This document shows, piece after piece, positions 51,078-64,000 of a stretch of 64,000 nucleotides of DNA. Positions within the stretch are counted from its first letter, which is position 1. Every line of letters starts with the position of its first letter. The DNA is taken from the NCBI GenBank assembly GCA_965113315.1, contig OZ220372.1, one strand, 5' to 3'. The notes below the pieces were generated by a model. The model was given only the letters and a program-made list of their open reading frames with translations. It was not told the DNA's origin and made no database searches. The DNA is from Podarcis vaucheri (taxonomy: Eukaryota). Position numbers and translations under genes: made by a program.

Positions 51078-52195
51078 CTGGAAAAGAAAGAGAAAAAACA
51101 CTAGAAAGTATTATGTTGTTCAATATAAAATCCAGTATTTTTTTGGGGGGGCATGCATTTTATAAATTAAAGAGGTGAATTGGCAGGCTTAAAAATAGCA
51201 TACTGAACTAACCTTGAGCATAGCCTTTTCTAAATGCTGATGGTGATGTGTGTCCAAAAATACAGCCAGAAATGTATGAACCAATAGCACAGAAAAACAG
51301 AGAGAAAAATAGCTGGACAGCTGCTCTTGACACAAACCTCTCTATCCTGACATTTCTGTGGTCAAGGGATTATATTCTGAGAACAGCAGCCAGAATGTTA
51401 CTTCATCCTCAAGATGCATCTAGTCTTAAAATGTGCTGCCAAGTAATTCTTGTGTTGGCAGTATGGGACAGGATGTTCCCGTAACGCTGGAAAGGTGCAA
51501 CTATTTAACCCAGTGAGCTGGAGTTTGGATTGACATGGTATTTGCTACCAAACCCTGGGTGAGTCTCAGGAGTAACGTAAGCATTATCACAGCACTACAA
51601 TAGCTTCCCCCCTAATTGGCTATTAAAAAAAATATGCCATATGCCAAGCAGTGTGTTCTCTAATTCCCCCCTGCCCATAAAGTCCAGCACAGAAACTTGA
51701 CTGTGCTCTCCTCAGACACTTACAGTAGTTTAGAATGTATACATAATACACTCAGTGTTTGAGCTAAATTTATATTACACACTGCTTTCAACTGCATTGC
51801 ACCTATAAAACACTATCTAAATAACTAAATAAATAAATAATTGAGGATCTCGGGCCAAATTTAACTATCCGATTTCACTAGCGGAAGCCAGTGCAAAGGT
51901 TCCCACAAATCCTTTCTGGAGGGTTGGGCAATGTCCCGGAGAAGCCCATAGGTGGAGAAAAGATATTGCTCCATCAGTGCAAGCATTTCTGCTTGCCCAA
52001 CAGAACTATCTCCTTAGTGTTTTATTGAATTCCACCCTGTATCTCATCCAGAAGGCAAAAGCTTCCCAGCTTGGTCACCTGTAGACAATACTTATTCATG
52101 GAGGTGCCTAGGACAGATAGCTGTTTGTAGTCTGTTAAATACGGGTCAGTAAACAGTTTATATAAAACATAATTATGACATTTTAAAAGCCTTAC

Positions 52196-52270
52196 TAGCA
52201 ATCCCATATTTGACATCTGATCAGATAAAGAATTCATCCACGAATCACTGCTTCCTCCTTTTAACGAACA
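52196..52270 (-). CDS. TNRC6B: TNRC6B exon (CSLKGGSSDSWMNSLSDQMSNMGLL)
   Basis: 75 bp, tag/gtaagg ends. Confidence 0.95.
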
Positions 52271-54109
52271 CTAAAGCAAAGAAACAATTTATCAGTTTAT
52301 TTCACCATGTAGTGACTAAGAATGAAAGCTTAAAAAAGCAATTCCCTGGTTCAAGTATCAAATGTCATAAATAAACCCAGTAAGCTTTAGACATGCTGCT
52401 CAAGCCTTGGTTCTCTTTCCTTTAGTGCAAGGGCCTACCTTACAGTGGGGGCTGGTTAGGAAGGTTTATTGAAATACTAAGCAGATTTACCAAATACCGT
52501 TACTATTATTCCTTGGAAACTTAAGGTATACATAATTTAGGAAATGGAGCAGATGATAAATTGCTGAAAGCTCTTCAATCTCTTTAACAGGTTTATTCTG
52601 TTAGCATAATGTCAGCAGAGCCAAAGAAATATCAGAACCCATTATTTGAAGTAATTCACTAAGAAATAACTCCATGAAATACAAACTTAAAGGATTAGAA
52701 CAATTTAAAACCCCAAGGAAGGAAACAAAAAGACAGCAATCCCTGCATTTACTGGTTGGCATGATTCCTTTAACTTTAGGACTGAAACACAGAATATCAC
52801 ACTAGCCAGGCCATAAACTATCTATAAGCTGAACAGTACACTTAGGGTTGTATCCTACACTGTGCAAGCACAGCTCCACCTATACAACAGAACTTCTGCT
52901 TCCTCTCTTCAACATCATCAAAATCTACTGAGGGTCCCCCAAGCCTACAGAGCTGATTTTGAGGTCACATGAGGGGCTGAAGGGACAGGAGAGGAAAAAG
53001 AAGCACAATTGTGCACACAGAAGTCTGTGGCGTAAGTAGAGCTGCAGCATTGGATCCAACCCCTCATATTCAAAGATGAACATATCTGTCTAACAACATA
53101 AAATTTCTTATGTATAGATTTATTTATTTAGTACACTTATCCTGCCTTTCTACCATCATGGAACTGAATACAGTGTACAAGGGGTTCAGTAGCTGACCAG
53201 ACACAGAGCTGCTTAAGTTTCAGCAAGCTGGCTGCAAAATGTGCCCTCAGATCATGCCCTGGGGTATTAACTTGTGTAGTGAAACAACTGCAATCTGCAA
53301 TCTCCATGCAGTAAAAAAGGGAGAGTTACCTACAGCAATTTCCACATGTTTCCTAATGTAGGAAATTCATCACATTTGAAGAAACTCAAAATAAATTCAG
53401 CTTATCTTCTTTAAAAAGCTACAATTTCATTATTTTCCTACTTTAAAAAGTTGTTAGGTAGCTCTTTCAGCTTTGTAGGTGTCTATTTCTTGTACCTTCT
53501 GAAAGTGAACTATGACATGCAGGGGAGAATTGGGCTAGTTTTTGTCCTTTATATGTCCATTGTTTTATGCTTTTGCTAAAAAGTGATAAAAGTGTTTTTG
53601 CCACTGAAATTATCTCTGATTTTAAGCTTTCAGTTACTTACAGTTGAAGAAACAAATGTTCCCAGGTGATGCATGTAATTAATACTATACCAGCCTTCCC
53701 CAACATGATGCCATCCAGATCCTTTGGACTGTAACTCTATTCCCCTTACCACTGGCTTTGTGGTTGACACTGATGGGAGGTGCAGTTCCAAGCATCTGAA
53801 GGTATTAGACTAGAGAAGGCTGTACTGCACCGAAACCAGTTTTTAGTTGGGCAACCCATTAAGGATGTCAACAAACTTAACTCCCCATCTTACTCCAGAC
53901 ACACTTCACCTTCCTTGGTAATAAAAAATAAAAAATGGCTGCATGACTGATGTCAGCAAGTGAAATAAACAACATAGGGCATTTTCTGCCAAAATGCGCA
54001 CACTGATTGAAAAGTATCCATGCCTGAAGACTTTTGCAAACCCCAAAAGATACAAACAATGATGTGTTGTATTCAACAGTAAAACCAGTGAAACTGCATT
54101 CAGTAGTAA

Positions 54110-54205
54110 AACCTGCTTATGGGCTTCCCAAGAGCATCTGCTTAGCCACTGTGAGAACAGGATGCTGAACTAGATGACTTGATTCAGCAGGGCTATTCTT
54201 AAGTT
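54110..54205 (+). mobile_element. CR1-type 3' end fragment (related copies at ~62300-62397 plus and ~31178-31230 minus)
   Basis: caggatgctgaactagatg..gattcagcagggctattctta, shared among three loci. Confidence 0.6.
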
Positions 54206-54342
54206 AAGCAGTCATTACACGTGCCATCATTCAATACCAACAGATGCACATAATTAAGATTATTTATTGCTAGCGGTTACGCTAAAAGGTTTGATGTTTC
54301 ATGTATCTAGTGAAATATTGCACCATATAAGCATTTTCTCAC

Positions 54343-54521
54343 CTTAATCTGTGGTTTCTTTCCTCCTTGTCCCCAGCTTGTTGAATTATGGGAGGAACTG
54401 CTTCCCTGAGAGCCTGCTGTGTTCCAGACTCCTCCTTCCTCCTCTTCTTCCCAGCTGGAATGCCTTGTTCCTGATACTGGCCCATCATTATCCCCCCAAC
54501 CATCTTGAGATGGTTTGGAAC
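54343..54521 (-). CDS. TNRC6B: TNRC6B exon ([15 protein letters not shown]...[12 protein letters not shown]...[12 protein letters not shown])
   Basis: 179 bp, aag/gtgag ends; reading frame differs from the ORF-track call here. Confidence 0.96.
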
Positions 54522-56476
54522 CTTCGATGGGGAGGAAAACATTGTCAAAAGCTAATCACAATTATTAACTCGCTTGACTTTATTATACCACATGGCAAAA
54601 TCAAGGGGTTACAGCAGAGAACCTCAACCTTTATGGGGCACATTTGCAAGTTTAAGAAACTGCTGTCAACACAAAAAAATGCCTATGTTATAGAAGAAGA
54701 AATGACAATGGTCAGAACCTTATTCCCCAAATAGGAAGAACACCTACACACCACAAAACAAAACATGAACATACAGGCAATGCCCTCAAAAAAGGCAAAA
54801 AAAATCAGAAGATTGTGAAGGGCAGGCAGCCTTAGTGAGCCCATGGGAGCCACAATGGAGACAGCAAAGTTATTCCCCCTACTTCAGTATTTGCTGAGAA
54901 GTTAAGTCTCCTTGTATTCAAGGAGTTAATTCAAAGATGTGTGCATAGGGTAATAGCCTTAATGTTTTCTGATTTGGAATGAAGGAGACGAACAAAAAGA
55001 CACCAAATATCACAAGACATTGGTTTGGGTGTTAATAAACAGAAATAGTTTTCAGTTCATATTCTACAGCAGCAATTATAAAAACTGTGCTGTTTTTTTC
55101 AAGTAAAATATTCCTTTAGCTTCATTATCAAGGGGAACCTCTTTTCTACAGAAATGTAATACTACATGAAAGGAGAATGGTCAGAAGCTGGCAAGTAGCC
55201 ACAAAGAAACCCTAGAACAGGGGTGAACAACATGGTTCCCTCCAGATACTGCTGGGAAGTCCAATAATATCTGAACAGCACCATGTTGCCTGCATCTGCA
55301 CTAGAAAACTGCCCTTACTACTAGTGACTAGATATCAAGGTAATGGCTAATTTCCAGTCTAATTCTGCTTAATGTCATGCAAGTACAGGGGTACGATACT
55401 GGCACTGTAACTTTTAAAAGCCCCCAATAGTATTACTGTATTAATAATTTCATCCACTAGAGATTTCTTTTATACTACACTTGTCTTAAAGCTTAAACTT
55501 TTGTGTTCTATTTAATGCACTAATGTGGATTCAAAATTCTGTAAGATGCCCTTTAACAGCATACTTGAAATACAACACTAAGCTGATACGTAACACTAAA
55601 AGTTCAGCTTCCTAGAGTTGGAAAAACTCACCTATATATATGCACAAAATAAAATTTGTAACTTCTGACCACCAAGGGCATTACTTTTCAAGAAACCATA
55701 AAGGGGTAGCTGTCATGCTCCCCTCACTTTCTCACATTTAACAATATAGCATTTAGACTCTGTTTTAGCGAGATCTGTATTTTGTTGAAAACCAATATGA
55801 CTTCCTGTTTATCTATTTTGTAGAAAAGCATATTTAGGCGGCAATTCTAGTTGCCTAAAAGTCCCATTTAATTCAACAGGGGTTTCTCCCTGGGGTTAAG
55901 ATTGTAGTTTTAGTTGTTGAAGAGCATGGAGTTTTAGAACTGAAGGAAGAAGATAGTCAATCATGTTTCAATCTGACCTACCACTGTCCAGATAGAACTT
56001 TTATCTAAGATAGTAAAAAACATGCAAACACTCCTCCTGGTAAGTAAATGTATCAACTCTAAACCAAATGCGTTTTCTGCAACTGGTTTGCTAATGAAAG
56101 GATCTAAATATCTTTTACCCCTTCCCTAATGCTGGTACACTAAGGTCACTAACAAAGTGCATTAGAATGATAGGTTTCAAGTATCCCACCATGCTAGCAG
56201 AAGCCAGCACAAGGAGTCTTGCTAATGCAAAGGGTCTTTCCCCCCCCATCTCCTCCCCATGCCTCCTTCAATTCCGCCTCTGGAGGGTTGGGTGAATCCC
56301 CAGAACACTGAGCATGGAGGGGAGACAGTTCCTTCAGGCAGGCAACAATGATTGTGTTAATGAAACGATATCCTTAGTGCTACGTTGAATTCAATCCAGT
56401 AATTCTAACGAAGTAAATAATTTTATACCTGTACACTATAAATTAGTAGGAGTGAGGCTACCTATATTAATAACTA

Positions 56477-56826
56477 CTGTATTGGCCTGAATATAAGCCG
56501 CACCCAAAATAAGCCGCATCTTTATAATTGGGGGGGGGGAGCCAAATATAAGCTGCTCCATTCCTCACTTCTCCTGGTTGCATACTTTGGGGGGGGGGCT
56601 ATGCTGCGTTCCTGGTGGCCCTTCCCCTTCCTTGCTCTCTCCCTTTCCAGCCTTGGGGGAGAGGACAGGGGACTATGCACGGGGCGGGTGCTGCTTTGCT
56701 GCGCCCCTGGTGCTGGGTGCCCCATGCTCCTGGCTGCATACCATAAGGTTGAGAATATAAGCCACACTTTAACTTTTCACGGTCGGAATTTGGGCGAAAG
56801 TGAGGCTTATATTCAGGCCAATATGG
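56477..56826. mobile_element. Tc1/mariner-pogo-type MITE
   Basis: 23-bp TIRs ctgtattggcctgaatataagcc / ggcttatattcaggccaatatgg with TA on both sides. Confidence 0.85.
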
Positions 56827-57054
56827 TAATCCGAAGTAGTTGCTTTGGCTTAGAGATACACCTGGATTACTGCCATTTTCCAATTCCTAACCACATAACC
56901 CTCCAACAGAATTATTACTGTGCTATTTTCAATAACCTGACCAGGCAGATAGAAGCATTAACATGGAGTAAGTATATTAGACTTTGTTATATCGGAATGG
57001 TAATTATTATCAAACACATGTAAGATTCACAGCAGAAGAATAGAGTGCCTACAT

Positions 57055-57189
57055 CAGAGATGGGGAATCTGTGATCCTTCAGATACTGCTAGACTACAAC
57101 TCCCATCATCAATGACTGTTAGTCATCATGATGGCTGGGGCTGATGGGAGTCTAACTGAAATCTGGAGGTCCAGAGATTCCCACCCCTG
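57055..57189. mobile_element. Short palindromic hAT-type MITE (related copies at ~4452-4572 and ~53690-53822)
   Basis: cagagatgggga..actacaactcccatca..tgatgggagt..ccacccctg; partial 8-bp TSD gcctacat/cactacat. Confidence 0.65.
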
Positions 57190-57556
57190 CACTACATGCT
57201 TCTTGACCATTTAATGACGCAAACAGCCTAGTCCACTCTGATGAATACTGATATCTTACCTTACCTCTGTTATCTACCTTACAAGGGACCAGGGAGTTTC
57301 AATTAGTGACTAATTACCTTGTGTTAGATTGACAAGGGGGGGGGTCCTCCATTGCTTCCTTGCCTACCATGCCATCTTTGCCCAAGATATAGTACTAATC
57401 CAATCAGGTGTGTAAAAATTTCCTCTATTACCATGCTAGGGCTGAAATAAACACCAGACATGGGCAAAGCACCATACCCTCATTCAGAAACCTATTTCTT
57501 TTTTTATCTAAAAGTACATAAAATTGTTACAGAAATGGCAACTGGCAAGTACTCAC

Positions 57557-57712
57557 TAGGTTTTATGGCATTTGGTGCAGTGGAGGGTCCATTTCCCCAA
57601 CCTGTAGAAGCCCCTGTATCATCAGCTTCACCCCATCCAGGGCTGGTTTCATTTGGTTCACCCCAAGCAGCTGTACCATTATCTGGAGCAGGAGGTGTGC
57701 TTTTGTTCCAGA
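57557..57712 (-). CDS. TNRC6B: TNRC6B exon, Argonaute-hook region ([20 protein letters not shown]...NAIKP), symmetric, likely cassette
   Basis: 156 bp, phase 1/1, weak aag acceptor, gtgagt donor; contains DNGTAAWG. Confidence 0.95.
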
Positions 57713-58392
57713 CTTCATATAGAAAGAGTTTTCATTATGCACTTTTAATGAATTGAAGTTGCTTTCTGACATTTAGCACAGCATCAACTGAGAAAAATCT
57801 ACATATTTCTATACTGCTGACCCCATTCTGTCATACTTTAGTGTTTGTTCTGACTCTTACACCACATGATTCTTAGTGTAAAAGAAAAACACACAAACAG
57901 TGTGATAATGTAGTATTATTGTACTAAAATGAGAGTCTGATCCTATCCACAAAACAAGCTCTGTCAATAATTAGATGTTCTATATGCGAAGGCAAAGACT
58001 TTAAGCAAATGTTTTTAAAATATACCTGAATGAGGTCAGAAAAATGATAATATAAGAGGAAAATCATGTTACATTGCAATGTAACAAACTGCATATGCAG
58101 ACATCTGCAGTTTGCTAGGGTCTGCAATAGTTGAAAGTAAGAGAAACTGGGTGAGGGGAGGTGACTGGCAAGGAAGGATAAGCACTCCCTTTTTTCGATG
58201 CACATCACCCTTCCCAACACAGAAGGGGGCCTGGGTGCTTTGCTGCACCTAACCTCAGTTGAACATTCAACAAAAAAAATGGCTTTTTACATAATGCTGC
58301 TGAATTACATTGTCACTTCTAGGGAAAGCAAGGTAATTCAAGAAAAATTGGATAATTTGAATCATTAACTAATCCTATTTGTTACTTTAAAA

Positions 58393-58726
58393 CAGAGGTA
58401 GGGAATATGTTTGCCCTGGCAGGCCAAATCTTGATCTCCCTCAATTCCAACTTTGACAGGTAAGCAAGACCATCCACTGGTAAATCATCTGATGTCATAA
58501 CCAGGTGATCATTGAATATTTTGGAAGTGCTATGTGCAGAGTTTTGCAATTTCTGTGTTCACCGCTTCCCAAGCACTTTGCAACAGCCCCCTCTGACAAA
58601 GCCCCATAATTATCTGCCCCACTGGTGGGGTAGTTGGGTATGGCTTGGATAAAACATCCTGGTGGGCCAAATGGAGAGATAGGGCAAGTAAAATTTGGCA
58701 TGCGGGCCAAAGATTCCCTACCCCTA
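58393..58726. mobile_element. hAT-type MITE
   Basis: cagaggtagggaat..ggcaggccaaa / tttggcatgcgggcc..attccctacccct. Confidence 0.6.
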
Positions 58727-59703
58727 CCGTAAATTAACTGCTGGCCCAATGCTGCCTGTAGATGAAGCTATATATTTCTACTGAAGAAACAAGGATGCAA
58801 ACTGACTCACAAAAACCACCATTACTGGTAATGATGCATCTTGAGAGACAAGTCCCCTTACCCACAATCCAAAGATAATAGTGTACAGCAACAGACTGCA
58901 TATATCAGTCAGCTTTGAAAGCACCAATCACCAGCTGGATAAGAGAGCTGAATTCAATACCCACAGACCCTTCACCACCATTCCCCAAGACAGTGATCAG
59001 GATGAGGCCCCAATTCAGCACTAAAATAGTACATGTGGTCCTGGAGGTTAAACAATGGGATCCAGCTATGGGAATCATGCACAAAGTTCCTGGTTCAGCA
59101 GCAAATACACATATACAGGTTGTGTCTTTTACAAGAGGCCCTGTGGAACTTGTGTACTCTGTATCCACAGGTCCTCTTTTAAAGGACTCACCTTGTAGAA
59201 GCCTTCTACTGTTCACAGATCCCCTTGGTAGTAACAAGTGGATGTCTTAATTCAAAATTTTAGTGACAGTAAGCTGGTAGCTTGCAAAAACACCCTTTTA
59301 GGGCATAGCTTCAGCAGGTGTATTTGCACATATACACATACATTCAGCTTGTAATAGGATCTAGACTGCACATGGATGGGATCCTTGTGGTGACATACAG
59401 ATGAAGTTTCAAGCACCACTGGCTGCAGATTGTTCTGTGTTAACACTATTCCCCCTTTCACAAGTTAAACACATTGGGGCTCCCCTCTCCCAGTTCCCTG
59501 ACACAGCAAACAGTCTTACTTGTGAACAGTGAACATTTCACATGAAGCCATAATTAAACAGACACCTCTTTGATATATGAAGTCGTGTCTCCAAAATTTC
59601 AAATGACACAGACCTAGCTACAGAATGCAGGTACCCTCTCACCATATTTAGATCTGCATTTACTAGTCTGCATTACAATGAAGAAGGCAAATAAAAGGAA
59701 TAC

Positions 59704-62028
59704 CTGAGGGTGCTACTTTGCTGGGCCTTGGAGTTGGCAGATTCTGTTCTCGTGAAGCTTGTCCACCTTGTAGGTTCTTGTCCCACAGGTTCACATTCTT
59801 GTAGTTGTAACTGCTGGGATCTCCCCACGCTGAGGTGCCATCATCAATATCCATTTTTCGACTAATTGATTGGGGGGATGGTTCTTCCCAGCCACTGGGT
59901 TCCTCATCCTTTGAGGCAGTTGGCTGTGGCCCACTGTTCCAGTTAGGATTGGGTGACCTCCCATTTCCTGGAGGCTGAAGTGGTGGTGGGCCCCAGGAGC
60001 CAGGTGCTTCTGACTGCGGATGGTGCTGCTGTTGCTGATTATTCCAGGAATTGGCTTGTCTACCAGAATCATTCCATGCTGGAGTTCTTTTATTATTATC
60101 CCACCCTCCTTTTGAGGAACAGTTTGTATTTGCACCATTACCCCAAGTCCCAATCTCATTTTGACCAGCTTCACCCCAGCCTGACATTGACTTGTTTCCT
60201 GAACTTTCCCAGTTACTATTTTTTGTTTGGTCAACTTCCTCTCCCCAGCCATTCTTTCCAGAAGACCACCCTTGATTAGGTGGCCGTCCATTCCACCCTG
60301 GGTCTTTGTTGGAATTCTCATTCCAAGATGTTGTCACCTTTTCTTCTTGTCTTCCTCCTCCCCAATTAGAACAATTGTTCTTGAAATCATTCCATCCTCC
60401 AGTGTTTTTGGGCTCTTTCCACTCTGTCGGAGTAGAGAGTTCACCCCATCCAGACTTGATTTGATTGCTTTGGCTGGGTGCATCTCCCCAGCCCCCTGAG
60501 CTCTTTGTCTGAATGGCAGAACTCTCCCACCCCTCAGTTCCTTTATCAGTCTTTCCCTCTGCCCTTGGCATCTCTTCTATGTCCCAAACAGTATCTTGCT
60601 TGATTTGAGTTTGACCCCAGCCAGTATTTGAAAGCACTCGGGGATCCAAATCAGTCCTGCTCAACAAAGTTTGCAAGACTGCTTGGCAATCAGGATGTGT
60701 AGGCCTATATGATCGACGTCCAGAATTGTGACTGTCACTACTTCCTGCTTTATGGTTGCTTCCAGTGCTTTGACCTCCAACCTCACTTCCTGTAGAGCTG
60801 GAAGATCTACCCCAACAGGGAGCCTGGGAATTGCCTTGGTTTTCAGGAAGGGGGTGGCCCTTTTGATTGTCCCATGCTCCAGTGCTAGAATTTGGTTGGT
60901 TTGGACCACTCCATTCTCCAATCTTCAATTCATCAGACCCAGACGGCTGTTTCCATTCTCCCTGAGACACCCCTGATGTCATTTTGTTCCCTTCACTCCA
61001 TTTGTTTTCACTAGAGTGTTGAGGGCCAATGGTCCAAGACCCATCACCCGTAGACCTGTTACTGTTATCCCAAGAATCGTTTCGTGACCCATTCGATTTT
61101 TGAACAGAAGCTCCCTTCCACGAGTCCTCCCTATCCTTTCCATTGTTCCCATGATTTCCAGAATTGCTTTGACCAGAAACACTGTCCATTCCAGAAGGCC
61201 CCCTAACTGTACCCCAAGACCCAACACTCCCAGTCTTTCTCTCTCCAGTGCTTTGTGAAGGGGCATCAGTGTTCCTGGAGGGGTTCCCAAAGCCCATTTC
61301 AAAGGACATTCCCNNNNNNNNNNNNNNNNNNNNNNNNNNNNNNNNNNNNNNNNNNNNNNNNNNNNNNNNNNNNNNNNNNNNNNNNNNNNNNNNNNNNNNN
61401 NNNNNNNNNNNNNNNNNNNNNNNNNNNNNNNNNNNNNNNNNNNNNNNNNNNNNNNNNNNNNNNNNNCCTGCTGTACTAATCTGTGCATTGGAGCCACCAT
61501 TATCAGATTCTGAAGTCCCTTTCCTTGAATTGCCCTCCTGAATTAGTGCTGGCCAAGCAGATGGGTTGCTATTTGGGTTGAAATTGCTGAAGCCAGAACT
61601 GGGGCCAATTCTGTCCTGCCCACTCAAGTTCCTCCAGCTTGCTAGACCGCTATTATTCTCTGCTGCAGGATTGGAAGATTGAACAGATTTAGCTTTAGGG
61701 TCAGATTTCCAGGCCCCAAGATTACATTCGTTACCAGAGCTTCCAGACTGGCACTGGTTTTTTCCTTTTCCTTTGTTACTAGTGGTGCTTCCTGGCAGAG
61801 TGCTCTTCTCCAAGCCAGGGTTCGAGGCACTGTTGTTGTCTGTGGTGTTCTCGGAAGAAGACTCAGTATCTTTGCTGGCAATACAAGGCCACTCTTCCAT
61901 GTCAGACCTGTCTACAATCACCGCGTCCCAGACGTGAGTTGGGTTGGCATTGGTGCTGTTGGAGGAGGCTCCAGGACCCCAAGTGGAATTTGCATAATTT
62001 GAAGAAGCACCACCTCCAGTTGTTGAAT
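59704..62028 (-). CDS. TNRC6B: TNRC6B large GW-repeat (Argonaute-binding) exon
   Basis: 2325 bp, phase 1/1, tag/gtatt ends; motifs [12 protein letters not shown] and [10 protein letters not shown], many GW/WG repeats; contains a 153-N gap. Upstream exons lie beyond 64000. Confidence 0.97.
61314..61466. other. Assembly gap (153 N) inside a coding exon
   Basis: N run. Confidence 1.
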
Positions 62029-63832
62029 CTAAAAGAATGAAACTTATTCACAATTATACATAAACACATGGAGAACGATAAACAGCACATACCAGTTATT
62101 TGCATTATTCTGAATTTTAAAGTATTTACAAGCCATCATTTATACTTTAAAGTATGACATTCACAATCACAAAATCTAACTGAGATGACTTTTTAAAAGA
62201 ATTTAACAAATTCATGGCCTAAATGGCACCTGGATGTTCAGATGCAGTATGGCTTTGAATTCCAATCGATAGGGACAGACAATGGGAAGGCTTCAGCCTT
62301 CAGGCCTGCTTATAGGCTTTCCAGAGGCATGGAGCTAGTCCAATGCTGAACTAGATGGACCTTGGCTTGATCAAGAAGGGCTACTTTTATGTTCTTAACA
62401 ATGTCACATTTAGTTTTGTATGCATTATGTGCCATACTCAGTAAGGAAGAGTACCATATCAGGCCAAACAAAATACCTCCTAGTCCTGCAAATTGATAAC
62501 TGGGCCATCATCAATTGTACCAATTAACTTTCAAGGTTAGCTTGTGAGAGATGTGCAAATTAGATTAAAAAACAAACAAAATAAAAGTACTAGTTTAGAG
62601 TTCCCCAAAGATAACATCTTTTGCAGATAAAAATAATAATCCTTGAAACATTTACATTTTCAGTTACCCTTTAAACACACTGAGGATCTGTTCACTTGGT
62701 ACCTTCTGGGGAGAAATTTCAGCCCATCTCAAGTCTTGAGCATGCAAGCCTCTCTCCAGGTAAAAGGGCAATGAAAAACCAGGTTTACCATACATATCTG
62801 AAAGCAGTACAATAACTGCCTTCTAGAACCAATATCCATCTCATCCAGCTTTCTGTGTCTGAAGAATTAGCTAGTTATCTCTGGGAAGCAAAGGGCAAAC
62901 ATGTTGCTCTTTCCTTGTTTATTCCTAGTATCCAATATTTAAGGTGGAAGAGTGCATCTTATTATTTTAAAAGCCATGTGCATTTCTGAAAAAACTGCTT
63001 CTGCTTCGGGGCCGTTTGTGATTTATATGACTAAACAACCTAATGGTTGACACAGTCGCACCACATTTATTTCGCAGCATTCATGAATATTTGATATGCT
63101 TGGTAAAAATACGGAAGATATATTTATATAATTCATTATTTTAGACTTTCTATTATTATTTTTTTATCTTGTAATTTTATTCTTCCTGTTTTTATGACTG
63201 TTTTTAAGTACAGATAGGATCAACCTTCAGAATCAGCATCTTGCTGCAATCTGCACTTTGGAACTTTCTTCTTTATTAGTGCCACTTACTTTTAAGGAAA
63301 GGGCTAGTGCTGTGATGTTTTTATTGTATGTGATCTTTAATGTGTATATATTTTAATTTTACTAATGCTTTTTAAACAAACTATTATAATAAGATATTTA
63401 AGGCAGACTGTGAACATGTTTTTCTTTTTCTTTTTGCTATCATGGCTACCACCTGTTGAGACCTGAACGCCATGAACCTAGCATCTTGTAGTTGTGAATT
63501 CCATGCTAATTAATTGCATGTTCTATTTTGAAGTACCTCCTTTTGTCAGACCTAAATGTTCTGGTAACCAATTTTAATCAGGAGAAACAAACTTCTATTA
63601 TAATTAAAGAAAAATTACTTTATACATATTTGTCACCGTTCATCGTTTTGTAAAAAATTGTAACACTTGCCTTCATTAGACTCCAAATTCATTAGACTAT
63701 CCACATATAAGGAAGGTGCCCAGAGTTTAAGGATTTTAATTTCCCTTTTTCTATTCCTACAACATCACTTTTTAAGATGGGCTACCTCCCTATCTACACA
63801 ATCAAAAACTGTCTTGAAACAATTCAGGAGGA

Positions 63833-64000
63833 TGTTGTTGTTGTTGTTGGCACCCGGCTGTCTCAACAGACAATGGAGTGTGCCTCTGGGGGTTATCAGC
63901 ACTGAAGCAACCTCCCCGGGGCGCAAGCCTGGGCAGTGTGTATGGAGGTCCTGGGCTGCCCAGACAACAATACCCTCCACCCTCAGCCTTGCTGATGTGG
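63833..64000 (-). mobile_element. 3' end of an RTE-clade-like retroposon with (CAA)n tail
   Basis: (ttg)n at 63833-63850 followed by a GC-richer body running off the window. Confidence 0.5.

Noticed and set aside
59693-59703. U12-type donor (GTATTCCTTT)
   Set aside because: Does not match GTATCCTT at +5, and no U12 branch point was seen at the next acceptor.
59791-61881. Overlapping alternative-frame ORFs (176 aa, 173 aa and others)
   Set aside because: By-products of the biased composition of the GW exon and the N gap.

Overview
Vertebrate genomic DNA from a squamate reptile, probably a lacertid lizard (inferred from Sauria SINEs and other repeats). Two minus-strand protein-coding genes lie in tandem, in the order TNRC6B then ADSL as recalled for human 22q13. 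(1) The 3' part of TNRC6B (GW182-family miRNA effector): 19 coding exons from the large GW-repeat exon (59704-62028) to the stop at 29211, plus an inferred ~12-kb, TE-poor 3' UTR reaching ~17.2-17.7 kb. The upstream exons are outside the window. (2) ADSL (adenylosuccinate lyase): CpG-rich promoter and coding exons 1-11 (14393 to 1180); the last exons are outside the window. All 30 exons were placed by hand with GT-AG ends and continuous phase. Introns carry Sauria SINEs, tRNA-Lys/CR1-tail SINEs, CR1/L2/L1/RTE fragments and Tc1-mariner and hAT MITEs, and there are three N gaps. No wholly new gene system is demonstrable. The best leads are post-transcriptional: a duplicated 31-nt miR-125-site hairpin next to let-7 sites (one MIR-derived) and a 13-nt miR-101 match in the TNRC6B UTR; a candidate PTC-containing poison exon in TNRC6B; a Penelope-type minimal hammerhead ribozyme in sense orientation between the two genes; and a Pro-to-Ala change in the ADSL catalytic signature loop.
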